Shown here in pieces: positions 1 to 8,359 of a stretch of 40,528 nucleotides of DNA. Every line of letters starts with the position of its first letter. Position 1 is the first letter of the stretch. Origin of the DNA: a virus (taxonomy: Duplodnaviria; Caudoviricetes); IMG/VR virus record IMGVR_UViG_3300008255_000224, positions 1 through 40,528 of that record; one strand, written 5' to 3'. The notes beneath the pieces are model-generated. The model had not been told where the DNA came from and ran no database searches. It worked only from the letters and a program-made list of their open reading frames with translations. The position numbers were made by a program, and so were the translations under genes.

Positions 1-2
1 CG

Positions 3-215
3 TATGAGGATGATAATGGTGGATATGTCCTCTACTCCGATGTGGAGGAATACGCCAATGCGAGAGTGAGGGAGGCGGTGGAGGAGATTAGTGTTACCGT
101 AACGGTATTGTTAATGTCATCTTCGGTGGACGATGAAGAATATCAGCAGTTTCGAGATAGATATGAGGAAGTCAAAGCCAAGGTACTCGAGGCATATCCA
201 GTGGGGAATAAATGA
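3..215 (+). CDS. Hypothetical protein, 5' truncated (...YEDDNGGYVLYSDVEEYANARVREAVEE...YPVGNK)
   Basis: Frame open from the window edge to TGA 213-215, which overlaps the next ATG (ATGA). Confidence 0.65.
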   Translation, partial: YEDDNGGYVLYSDVEEYANARVREAVEEISVTVTVLLMSSSVDDEEYQQFRDRYEEVKAKVLEAYPVGNK

Positions 216-335
216 TACTACGATTATGGCTAACTGCTTTATTCTGTTTCATTTTTTTTTGTAGGAAGTGTATATGGGATATTGGTATCGGCAGATTTCC
301 TATCAGATGACGATGATGAGGAGGTGGGGGAATGA
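212..335 (+). pseudogene. Small membrane peptide gene apparently frameshifted at a T9 tract
   Basis: With one fewer T at 252-260 it reads MILRLWLTALFCFIFFVGSVYGILVSADFLSDDDDEEVGE and is ATGA-coupled to both neighbours. Confidence 0.45.
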
Positions 336-742
336 TATTCATACCAGTGAATGTGCCATCCTCCAAAAACTCTAGGAGGAACATCAGAACGAAGTCAGGC
401 CGGAGCCTGTCGCTCCAATCAAAGCTCTGTGAGAGCTACGAGATGTGCACCTGGGCTCACTGGATCGCCGCAAAGACCGAGTTCTTCCGACAGATCAGAG
501 ATCTCAAGCCTCCCTACATAGTGTCCTTCTTCTTCATCAGGGACACCAAGAGAGTGTTCGACTACATCAATGCCGCTCAGGAGGTTCAGGATCTCATGGT
601 CAAGTACGGATGGATCGCGGATGACAACTGCGACTACTTGATCCCAGTGTTCACTGGACATAGTGTGTCAAAGAAGAATGCCGGAGTGGAGATCCAAGTG
701 CTCAGAGGACTGAAAACCTATGATGTAGGAGAGAGACTATGA
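332..742 (+). CDS. rusA: RusA-like Holliday junction resolvase
   Basis: N-terminal IPVNVPSSKN and acidic pattern D-x-x-N...D...DD (FDYINAAQEVQDLMVKYGWIADDN); SD GGAGGT upstream. Confidence 0.7.
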   Translation: MIFIPVNVPSSKNSRRNIRTKSGRSLSLQSKLCESYEMCTWAHWIAAKTEFFRQIRDLKPPYIVSFFFIRDTKRVFDYINAAQEVQDLMVKYGWIADDNCDYLIPVFTGHSVSKKNAGVEIQVLRGLKTYDVGERL

Positions 743-1266
743 AAAACTGTGCACAGTGCGGAAAGGAGATCGCAGACGGCCAGCACTTTTGTGATGCCCA
801 GTGCCGAGACAAATACTATCCACCTGGTACCAGGAAGAAAAAGCTGGGAGGATCGGCACTGGATCTGAACTACATCAAGCAGCGATCCGCTGAGATCATC
901 CAGGAGATGAGAGACAATGCCAGGACTGTCCATATCAAGAACGGCAATTCAGGGTATGATGTCACCTTCGACTGTAAAGGTGGCATGAAGTGTACGGAGT
1001 GCGGTACGGAGATCTTCGTTGCCACTACAGAGGTCAAGAAGGCCGCTGTTCAGATCAGTGTTGAGCTGGACGGATCCTATGCCCTGCACTTCCTTGTCTG
1101 CGCTGATAAGCTCCTGGCCAGGATGAAGAAGGCAGAAGGGCTCATGGCAGATGAGGCAAACAAGAACCATCCTCAGATCGAGGTCTGGGCGACAGCGTAT
1201 CAGAACATGGTGACGAAGTGGGAACGGCTGACCGGCCAACAGTATATACATCCATCAGTGTTTTAG
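739..1266 (+). CDS. Hypothetical protein with zinc-ribbon motifs
   Basis: CAQCG...FCDAQC at the N-terminus plus CTECG; ATGA overlap with the upstream gene. Confidence 0.75.
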   Translation: MKNCAQCGKEIADGQHFCDAQCRDKYYPPGTRKKKLGGSALDLNYIKQRSAEIIQEMRDNARTVHIKNGNSGYDVTFDCKGGMKCTECGTEIFVATTEVKKAAVQISVELDGSYALHFLVCADKLLARMKKAEGLMADEANKNHPQIEVWATAYQNMVTKWERLTGQQYIHPSVF

Positions 1267-1304
1267 ACTATACTTTCATTGACAATACTATCGAAGGAGA
1301 TTCG

Positions 1305-1853
1305 ATGAACAAAATTGAGGCATACCCTACTCTTGAGGATCTGACGGCGTCAAAGTTTGCATTGACGAACAAGGAGTACAGCATCCTGGTCTACCGGATC
1401 AGGGGAGAAACAAAAGTCCAGATCGCATCCAAGTACGGAGTGTCAGCCACCAGGATCGGTCAGATCGAAAAGAAGGCATTGAGGAAGATAGGGCTGACCG
1501 GTGAGGTCGCCAGTCCTGTCGTAGAGCCTGCCCCAGTGGCACCAAATTATGTCGGGACGCTGGAACCACCAGTACCAGCACCAAAACCAGAAACACGGTT
1601 GACCTATAAAGAGATCTCTGACTTTACTCATTACATTGATAGTTCTGTGGTAGTAGGAAAGCATCTGGATGCCTCCGCTCGTAGTGTGATCAGGGCGGCC
1701 TCTAGGGTAGGGACGAATGGTAAGCCTGGATCTGTGGCGTTTGAGGTGAGCGGTTTTGCTACCGATGAGGAGGCCTTAGCTCTGAGAGATATGCTCTGGT
1801 ATGCCAGCTCCTATGGCGTAGAGGTGATTTTTAATCCGTCCCATCGCAAATAA
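1305..1853 (+). CDS. Sigma-70 region 4-like HTH protein, putative transcription regulator
   Basis: LTNKEYSILVYRIRGETKVQIASKYGVSATRIGQIEKKALRKI; start moved to ATG 1305, which follows SD AAGGAG. Confidence 0.75.
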   Translation: MNKIEAYPTLEDLTASKFALTNKEYSILVYRIRGETKVQIASKYGVSATRIGQIEKKALRKIGLTGEVASPVVEPAPVAPNYVGTLEPPVPAPKPETRLTYKEISDFTHYIDSSVVVGKHLDASARSVIRAASRVGTNGKPGSVAFEVSGFATDEEALALRDMLWYASSYGVEVIFNPSHRK

Positions 1854-1900
1854 TTTATGTATCGAAGGAGATTCGATGCCAAAGCGTGAGGTGATGACCT

Positions 1901-2098
1901 GTGCGGATGGTTGACGATACGATCCATGGTCACTGCCTGGGATCGCTTAAAAAGAGAGTGGGTGCGAACATCGTGCGTGTTGTGGAAGCCAAGGAAGTAC
2001 CGGAGATCTCCCATGATCAAGCAGAAGTCACTCCCATCACCGAAGGCGAAGAGCCGGAAGCCCAGGAAGCCACTGCCATCGATCCTGCAATCTTCTGA
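1901..2098 (+). CDS. Small hypothetical protein with acidic tail
   Basis: GAGGTG 7 nt before GTG 1901; stop lies 1 nt before the probable terS ATG. Confidence 0.5.
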   Translation: MRMVDDTIHGHCLGSLKKRVGANIVRVVEAKEVPEISHDQAEVTPITEGEEPEAQEATAIDPAIF

Positions 2099-2099
2099 C

Positions 2100-2543
2100 A
2101 TGGCTGATCTCAAGAAGTATGGTCTCACCCTCAAACAGAAGATGTGGGTGGACTACTATCTGGGCGACGAGCTGATGGGTAATGCTACTCAGGCCTACAT
2201 CCAAGCGTATGGCCTGGACGCTAAGAAGCCGGAAGATTATGCGTTGGCTAAATCGTGCGGTCATGAGAACCTTGCAAAACCTGACATTATTGCCTATATG
2301 AACGATAAGATACTGGAGCTGGGGATTACACCTCAGCTCATTGATGCCAATCTATCCTTCATCATGCGGCAGAAGAAAGACCTTGGTAGTTCCCTCGGTG
2401 CGTCCAGGGAATTGAACAAGGTTCTCGGCCGGATCATCGACAAATCAGAACAGGTGGTGCACATAGACGAGACGGCACAGAAGCCACTGACGCCGGACGA
2501 GATAGCAAAACGAGACAAAATTCTGGCCATTCTGAAAGGCTAA
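2100..2543 (+). CDS. terS: Terminase small subunit
   Basis: LTLKQKMWVDYYL...GNATQAYIQAYG...HENLAKPDIIAYM is the typical TerS pattern; directly upstream of terL. Start 2100 preferred, 2013 possible. Confidence 0.85.
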   Translation: MADLKKYGLTLKQKMWVDYYLGDELMGNATQAYIQAYGLDAKKPEDYALAKSCGHENLAKPDIIAYMNDKILELGITPQLIDANLSFIMRQKKDLGSSLGASRELNKVLGRIIDKSEQVVHIDETAQKPLTPDEIAKRDKILAILKG

Positions 2544-2544
2544 C

Positions 2545-4176
2545 ATGGATTTTCCATTGGAAGCACAGCGGTATACAGCGAGACCATGGATCTATGCGAA
2601 CAACATCAAAAACGAGTTCGGTAATCCAATCGAGTTCCGGAGCCATCGGTTCCTAGAGGATCTGTACGATGACGACTATCCCCAGAAGGCCGTGTTGAAG
2701 GCCTCCCAGGTGGGACTGAGCACGATGATGAACCTCAAGCTCCTACATCGTGCTCGGTTCTGGGGAATCAATCAGATCTACACCCTGCCCACAGACGGCG
2801 ATGTGAGCGATTTTGTGCGTTCAAAGACCAATCGGCTGATCCGTGTTAATCCCTGCATCACGCAGGATCTGGACAAGCGATCAGTGGACAGCATCGAGCA
2901 GAAGCAGATCGGCAAGGCGTTTGTGTTCTTTCGTGGCACCTTCGGGAAGCAGAAGGCGATCATGTTGACCTCCGACTGGAACTACCATGACGAGCTGGAT
3001 ACCTCAGATCCTATCGTGGTGGAGACCTACGAGAGCCGGCTATCAGCGTCTCAGCTCCGTGGCCTGGAGTATTTCAGCACTCCATCGATCCCCAACTTTG
3101 GCATCGACATGAAGTGGCAACAGTCCGATCAGAAGTTCTGGCGGATCACCTGCCCATACTGCGGCAAGGTCTACCATCAGGAGTGGGAAGAGCGTGACGG
3201 CTACCCTCCGACCATCGACATCGAGCACAACTGCTACTTCTGCCCTCACTGCCGGAAGGTGGTGTCAGTCCAGCAGATCTCAGACAATGGCAGATGGGAA
3301 GCCAAGTACCCAGGGCGTGACATATCCGGCTACTGGATCCCTCAGATGATCTGTCCCTGGATCTCACCAAAGCGTCTCATTCAGACTTTTCGAGATAGTG
3401 AGGACATCAGCCAGTTCTACAACTTCAACCTGGGACTGCCGTACATCAGTGTGGATCAGCGTGTCCAGGAACAGCTCTTCATCAAGAACCTGGTCACAAA
3501 TGTCCGAGCCGATCAGGCCGGTGGGAATGTGGCAGGGATCGATACCGGCGGAGAGAAGGGACTGCATCTGACCGTGGGTAACGCCAAGGGGATCTTCTGG
3601 ATGCAGGTACTCAAGGATCAGCTCACTCCAGGAGAAGGACGAGGCCACTGCCAGTTCTGTGGGCGATCCAAAGCGTCTGGCCGGTGCGGATGTCGGTTTG
3701 AACAGCTGGCCGATGTGATGACCTTCTACGACATCAGGACAGCGGTGATCGATGGTATGCCATACACCGAGGAAGCCTACGCATTGGCCAAAGCATTCCC
3801 ATACAAGGTGTTCCTCAACTGGTTCAATGACGATCCCAAGCTGATTGAGATCGTCCGCTACCTGGACGAGGGTGGCCAGAAGGGCATGGAGTTCGAGGAA
3901 GAGGTGAAGGTGCTGTCAGCCAGGACTAGGATCATCGATCACGCAGTCAGTGAGCTCCGGCGTGGATCCATACGGTTCGACATGGACAGGGACTCGGTTC
4001 ATTTCCAGATGCTCCTGAAACACGCAGGCACCATGTATGCCAGGGACACACCGCTTTCCAACCTGCTTGGTACCAGGCGTGAGTGGGTCAACACTGGTGC
4101 GAATGATATGTTCCTCTCGTTCATCTATTGGCTAGTCGCTTATATGAAAGGATCCAAGAGTGAACCTAATCGATGA
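2545..4176 (+). CDS. terL: Terminase large subunit, lambda GpA-like
   Basis: KASQVGLST (Walker A variant), HDELD (Walker B), STP coupling motif, CPYC...CPHC, FYNFNLGLPY, nuclease AGIDTG. Confidence 0.92.
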   Translation: MDFPLEAQRYTARPWIYANNIKNEFGNPIEFRSHRFLEDLYDDDYPQKAVLKASQVGLSTMMNLKLLHRARFWGINQIYTLPTDGDVSDFVRSKTNRLIRVNPCITQDLDKRSVDSIEQKQIGKAFVFFRGTFGKQKAIMLTSDWNYHDELDTSDPIVVETYESRLSASQLRGLEYFSTPSIPNFGIDMKWQQSDQKFWRITCPYCGKVYHQEWEERDGYPPTIDIEHNCYFCPHCRKVVSVQQISDNGRWEAKYPGRDISGYWIPQMICPWISPKRLIQTFRDSEDISQFYNFNLGLPYISVDQRVQEQLFIKNLVTNVRADQAGGNVAGIDTGGEKGLHLTVGNAKGIFWMQVLKDQLTPGEGRGHCQFCGRSKASGRCGCRFEQLADVMTFYDIRTAVIDGMPYTEEAYALAKAFPYKVFLNWFNDDPKLIEIVRYLDEGGQKGMEFEEEVKVLSARTRIIDHAVSELRRGSIRFDMDRDSVHFQMLLKHAGTMYARDTPLSNLLGTRREWVNTGANDMFLSFIYWLVAYMKGSKSEPNR

Positions 4177-4474
4177 TTTGTTAGCTCCTGTAGCGTGTAC
4201 CACGAGCACTCATGTCGAAGATCCACTGACGATGGAGGATCTGGACAGGATGATCAATCTGGTCAAAGCAGAGAAAAAGGACAAAGAACTAGCCCTGTAC
4301 GAGAGCTTGGTGATGCTGATACATCACCTGGGAGCCAAGTATGTTGTGAGTGATTGGATTCCGGCGAATGAGATCCAGATGATCGTTGGTAAAAATGTGG
4401 AAGTTATGATCAACAATGCCATAGCATCTATGAGTAAAGGAGGATCCAATGGGAAGCAGACAGGCCAAGCGTGA
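4160..4474 (+). CDS. Hypothetical protein
   Basis: 104-aa ORF overlapping the terL end, with protein-like composition. Confidence 0.6.
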   Translation: MNLIDDLLAPVACTTSTHVEDPLTMEDLDRMINLVKAEKKDKELALYESLVMLIHHLGAKYVVSDWIPANEIQMIVGKNVEVMINNAIASMSKGGSNGKQTGQA

Positions 4475-4531
4475 ACGGTTTGTCTAGGATCGCATACTCA
4501 GGTTGGTTATGAGATTAGATCAGGAGAACGT

Positions 4532-4723
4532 ATGAACGACTACCCAGACTGTCCAGCCAAGGTGTCGATCACCCATACTGAATGGCTCCTGATCCAGGTG
4601 TGTCGGAAGAACCAGTATGGAAGCGTGGAGGCATTTATGAAGAGTGGGAAGGTGTGCCGGATCCAGACGAAGGAATCTGTTCTGACCGATAAGCCTGGCC
4701 ATGTAGAGGTGGAGGTGTCCTGA
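4532..4723 (+). CDS. Small protein resembling YezD/DUF2292
   Basis: YGSVEAFMKSGKVCRIQTKES resembles the YezD pattern; SD AGGAG. Confidence 0.5.
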   Translation: MNDYPDCPAKVSITHTEWLLIQVCRKNQYGSVEAFMKSGKVCRIQTKESVLTDKPGHVEVEVS

Positions 4724-4857
4724 TGGACGGAGAATACCAGTACCGGTGCCGATGCGGTGCGACCTTTGAAGAGAGCCTGGGGAAGTATGGGTGCCCTGAG
4801 TGTGAGGCATCAGAAGGTGCCGCACTCCTGATCCAGGCAGAGGAGGAAGAAGAATGA
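4723..4857 (+). CDS. 44-aa zinc-ribbon protein (not in the ORF track)
   Basis: MDGEYQYRCRCGATFEESLGKYGCPECEASEG...; SD GGAGGTG; TGATG coupling. Confidence 0.7.
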   Translation: MDGEYQYRCRCGATFEESLGKYGCPECEASEGAALLIQAEEEEE

Positions 4858-4942
4858 ACATCGTAGCTCCTGCGATCGCTGGCGGACGATCTAGAAGCAG
4901 ACAAGAAACTGGAGCGACTTTTCAGTGGTATTGCCCAGCATA

Positions 4943-4971
4943 TTGCAACCGTTTCGTAGTTCCTCTATACT
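4943..4971 (+). promoter_or_regulatory. Sigma70-type promoter for the structural operon
   Basis: TTGCAA-N17-TATACT in the intergenic region before the portal gene. Confidence 0.65.
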
Positions 4972-5023
4972 ATTGCCGATGGAGCGATCCATAAGGGCTT
5001 TTACCAGCCACGCAGTTTATCGG

Positions 5024-5066
5024 AAAAACCGAAAGCTGAGATTCATTTCTCACTTTCGGTTTTTTT
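5024..5066 (+). terminator. Intrinsic terminator-like hairpin abutting the portal start codon
   Basis: AAAAACCGAAAG-c-TGAGA ttcatt TCTCA-CTTTCGGTTTTTTT then ATG. Confidence 0.7.
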
Positions 5067-7013
5067 ATGGCAACAAACGACATTGATCCGGTTGTAGCAA
5101 AGTGGCAAAAGCGGTTCAAGCTGGCCTACGACTTCAAAAAGCCGATCACGGACAAGTTTGTGAGAATGTATCAGCTGTTCAGAGGCTACGACTATCGGAC
5201 TGATTACGCATATCAGATCCAGCGTATGCCTCCTATTGCGTTTAAGCTCATAGAGACTTTCGTTTCCAGATTAGCACCTGCCAAAAGGGAAGTACAAATC
5301 ATCCCACGGATGTCCGATGATACCGAATCTCCATCATTGGCTCGGTGGGATGATTTGCTTCAATACATTTTCGATGTCAGTGACTTCGAGGCTTCAATCA
5401 AGACCGATCTCGTCCAGGACAGCGGTATGTTTGGCAAAGGCCTGGCCAAGGTAGTCTGGGCTGGGAAGCTCCCTGGCATCATTCTCTGCGATCCGATGGA
5501 CATCCTACCGGCTCCGGAGACCAAACGGATGAGACGGTGCCCCTGGCTGATCCATCGCATCGTGAAGAACTACGACACCCTCAAGCGTGAAGAGGATGCT
5601 CGTGGTGCTGATCACCTGTACGACAACCTTGATCAGGTCTCACCCTCAAAGGTGGATGACTGGAAGAAGCCCATGTACGAGCTCGATAGTCTCAAGATGG
5701 GGCAGATCGAGACCATGAAGAATAAGACCCAGAAGCCAGCTACCTACCAAGGCTATCGCCTGAGCGATATGTACGAGGGTAACGAGGTGGAGATCTGGGA
5801 GTGCTATGACTGGGAGACTGATCCTCAGCAACTGGTCGTGATCATGCAACAGAAGGTTAAAGCCAGGGAAGAGACCAATCCTTTTGATTTCCTCAAGTCC
5901 AGCGGTGGCCGGAACTTCATCGAGATGGATGATCACCGGATCGCCAGGCATTTTTGGTCGGTCGGCCATATTGAGCCGGTCGAGAACCTGATCCTGGATG
6001 TGGCTGATTTCCAGAACCATCGTTCCGAGGTCGCATCCTACATGACAGATCCTGTGGTGAAGATCCGCAAGGATACCGGCATCACCAAGAGAGACATCGT
6101 GTTCGCTCCTATGGCGATCTGGGAACTTCGCAAGCTGGATGATGTCGAAGTGGTACCGCCTCCATCCCCGAACCTGGCCTCCAAAGAGATCGAGATGTCG
6201 ATCCGTGACGAGATCGAGCAGACCCTGGCCATGACCGAGTATATGTCCGGCCAGCCTCAGTCCAGCAACGAGGCCATGGGCAAGGTGGAGATGCTGATCT
6301 CCCAGAGCAATCAGCGGCTGTCGATCAACACCGAGAACATTGAAGCGTTCTATACCGATCTCTCCAATATCCTGATCGAGATGTGCCAGGAGCTCCTGGA
6401 CGAGGATGTGTACTACCGGATCATGGGCAAGGATGGAGCGTCCTTCGGTCAATTCACCTCAGCCGATGCCAAGGTGGCCGTGGATGCCATCGTGAAGATC
6501 GAGCCGATCATACCGCCCTCAAAGAAGGATCGCATCAGTGCAGTCATGTTCCTCCTGGACAACATGGTGGGCAAAGACCAGCCGGATCCCCAGGATCCAG
6601 AGGCTATGCAACAGTGGAAGATGAGGAAGCGGATCCTGTTCGAGATGCTTTTGAAAGAATTAGACAAAGAACAATACATAGATCAGTTCCTGGGTACTAT
6701 GCCGGCGGACAAGGCTGTCCCTATATCACCGCCTCTGGCGGTATCTGGGGCTCCTGTGGCGACCCCGAACACGGTTCCTGGGAACATTCCTCCTCAGCAG
6801 GCTCCGATGCCTCAGCCAACGCCACAACCGCAGGGACAGCCTATGCAGGCTCCCCAGGGACAACGGCCAGTGCCGCCTAACCAGCAGATGATACCGATCA
6901 TTCCCAAGCCGATAGCAGGCCAGGCTCCCCAGGGTGCAGGCACCAAACAGGCCAAGATCAGTAAATTGAGACAGATGATGCAGAAGATACCCCTGATTCA
7001 AAACCTAGCATAA
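5067..7013 (+). CDS. Portal protein, P22-like, with Pro/Gln-rich C-terminal tail
   Basis: 648 aa after the terminase; DSGMFGKGLAKVVW, EIWEC and FWSVGHIE motifs typical of P22-like portals. Confidence 0.85.
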   Translation: MATNDIDPVVAKWQKRFKLAYDFKKPITDKFVRMYQLFRGYDYRTDYAYQIQRMPPIAFKLIETFVSRLAPAKREVQIIPRMSDDTESPSLARWDDLLQYIFDVSDFEASIKTDLVQDSGMFGKGLAKVVWAGKLPGIILCDPMDILPAPETKRMRRCPWLIHRIVKNYDTLKREEDARGADHLYDNLDQVSPSKVDDWKKPMYELDSLKMGQIETMKNKTQKPATYQGYRLSDMYEGNEVEIWECYDWETDPQQLVVIMQQKVKAREETNPFDFLKSSGGRNFIEMDDHRIARHFWSVGHIEPVENLILDVADFQNHRSEVASYMTDPVVKIRKDTGITKRDIVFAPMAIWELRKLDDVEVVPPPSPNLASKEIEMSIRDEIEQTLAMTEYMSGQPQSSNEAMGKVEMLISQSNQRLSINTENIEAFYTDLSNILIEMCQELLDEDVYYRIMGKDGASFGQFTSADAKVAVDAIVKIEPIIPPSKKDRISAVMFLLDNMVGKDQPDPQDPEAMQQWKMRKRILFEMLLKELDKEQYIDQFLGTMPADKAVPISPPLAVSGAPVATPNTVPGNIPPQQAPMPQPTPQPQGQPMQAPQGQRPVPPNQQMIPIIPKPIAGQAPQGAGTKQAKISKLRQMMQKIPLIQNLA

Positions 7014-7022
7014 GGAGCCAGT

Positions 7023-7268
7023 ATGGCAATGTCACTTCCGTCCCTCATGGAGAGTATGAATACCGCTGAAACGAGCGGAGAGTTTGAGTTTGCACCAGTC
7101 CAGGAAGCCATGGATCAGGCCAAGGTCAACTATGAACAGACCGGCGATCTCAAGACTACCCTGGATGAGCTGATCGACAAGCTGGACAGCATCAAGGCCG
7201 GATCAAAGGATCTCGGTGGGCTGGCCGCCATGGATGAACCAATGATCCCAGGTAACGGAGAGGAATAA
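7023..7268 (+). CDS. Hypothetical protein in the head module
   Basis: SD TAAGGAG; TAATG coupling to the next gene. Confidence 0.75.
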   Translation: MAMSLPSLMESMNTAETSGEFEFAPVQEAMDQAKVNYEQTGDLKTTLDELIDKLDSIKAGSKDLGGLAAMDEPMIPGNGEE

Positions 7269-7552
7269 TGTCAGATCAGACGATGGAAGAACAAAAGATA
7301 ATTGAGCGTGGAGTAGCCTTTCGGGAAATGGTCGATACCGAAGGCTGGCGGATCCTGAGAGCTGAACTGGAACAGGAGATCCGCATGGATCAATCTGAAC
7401 TGGTCAGCCTCGTGCTTACTGAGGAAACGCTTGGATGCCCGAAGGCTAGATCACTCGCCGCTCACATTGAAGTTCTTCACAATGTTCTGTTTTCCGTGGA
7501 TAACACTTTAGAAAATTTCAGAAAACTATCAAATCAATTATCAAAGGAGTAG
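7268..7552 (+). CDS. Small portal-associated protein, Bbp19-like
   Basis: FREMVDTEGWRILRAEL pattern and position after the portal. Confidence 0.55.
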   Translation: MSDQTMEEQKIIERGVAFREMVDTEGWRILRAELEQEIRMDQSELVSLVLTEETLGCPKARSLAAHIEVLHNVLFSVDNTLENFRKLSNQLSKE

Positions 7553-7558
7553 AGACCC

Positions 7559-8338
7559 ATGAATCTTCAACCGTTCGAGATCCTGACTGCGTTCAAGAAC
7601 CAGCTCGTCACAGCGACCGCCAATGGGTATTCGCTCGATTCTCGTGATGGTGCTGGCGTTCCCAAGTACGAGACCGCCCTGGTCAACTGGGAAGTCGGAG
7701 ACATCTCCGGCTATGTCCAGTCCTACATCGAGAGCAACCTGACCAACGCCACCGACAACGATATGCGGTTCACCGCCACTGACGCCGCCGGCCTGGGTAC
7801 CGCTGGGGATGGGATTACTATCACCTATGTGGATCCGGGAGAGGAAACAGCAACGGAGACGGTTACTGTGGTGGGGAGAGCCATTACGGTGACTCTTCGC
7901 AGTGTGAGTTTAACTCTGTCCACCGCCGCTCAGGTCAAGACTGCCATCGAAGCATCAGCCGCCGCCACCGCACTCGTGACTGTCACTGCCAAAGGTTCCG
8001 ATACCCTAACTGGTGTCGTTGCCGCTATGTCAGCGATCACCACGGCTTCCGGTGCAGACCGCAAGGCGATCACTCTGACCGTTCAAGAAAGCGACGTAGC
8101 CGCCAATGCGTCTGCCAATACCACCTGCGCCACGGTAGGGGGCGGAACGGCCTCTCAGGTGGTTGTGGCGAGTACCAGCTACAAAATGCACATCAAACGT
8201 ACCAAAAGATACGTTCGGTGCGTAGCGACTGTCGCTGAAACCGGGGAAGCAGTCTCCGGTGCGTTCTGTGCTCAGATGATCACCATCGACAATGCTGAGC
8301 TTCCTCTCATCACCGCATCATCAGTGTTGAATAGTTAA
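7559..8338 (+). CDS. Probable capsid decoration protein with an inserted ~110-aa domain
   Basis: Flanks TATANGYSLD...ITLTVQESD...TKRYVRCVATV resemble beta-sandwich decoration proteins; the insert is shared with gene 12659. Confidence 0.6.
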   Translation: MNLQPFEILTAFKNQLVTATANGYSLDSRDGAGVPKYETALVNWEVGDISGYVQSYIESNLTNATDNDMRFTATDAAGLGTAGDGITITYVDPGEETATETVTVVGRAITVTLRSVSLTLSTAAQVKTAIEASAAATALVTVTAKGSDTLTGVVAAMSAITTASGADRKAITLTVQESDVAANASANTTCATVGGGTASQVVVASTSYKMHIKRTKRYVRCVATVAETGEAVSGAFCAQMITIDNAELPLITASSVLNS

Positions 8339-8359
8339 TTTTCAGTTCAGGAGATTCAA

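Noticed and set aside
1245-1291. Promoter upstream of the sigma-4-like gene
   Set aside because: TATACT and TTGACA are present but in the wrong order or spacing, so no confident call.
1911-2099. N-terminal extension of TerS given in the ORF track
   Set aside because: TTG start without a well-spaced SD, overlapping a more credible ORF; the TerS motif begins after ATG 2100.
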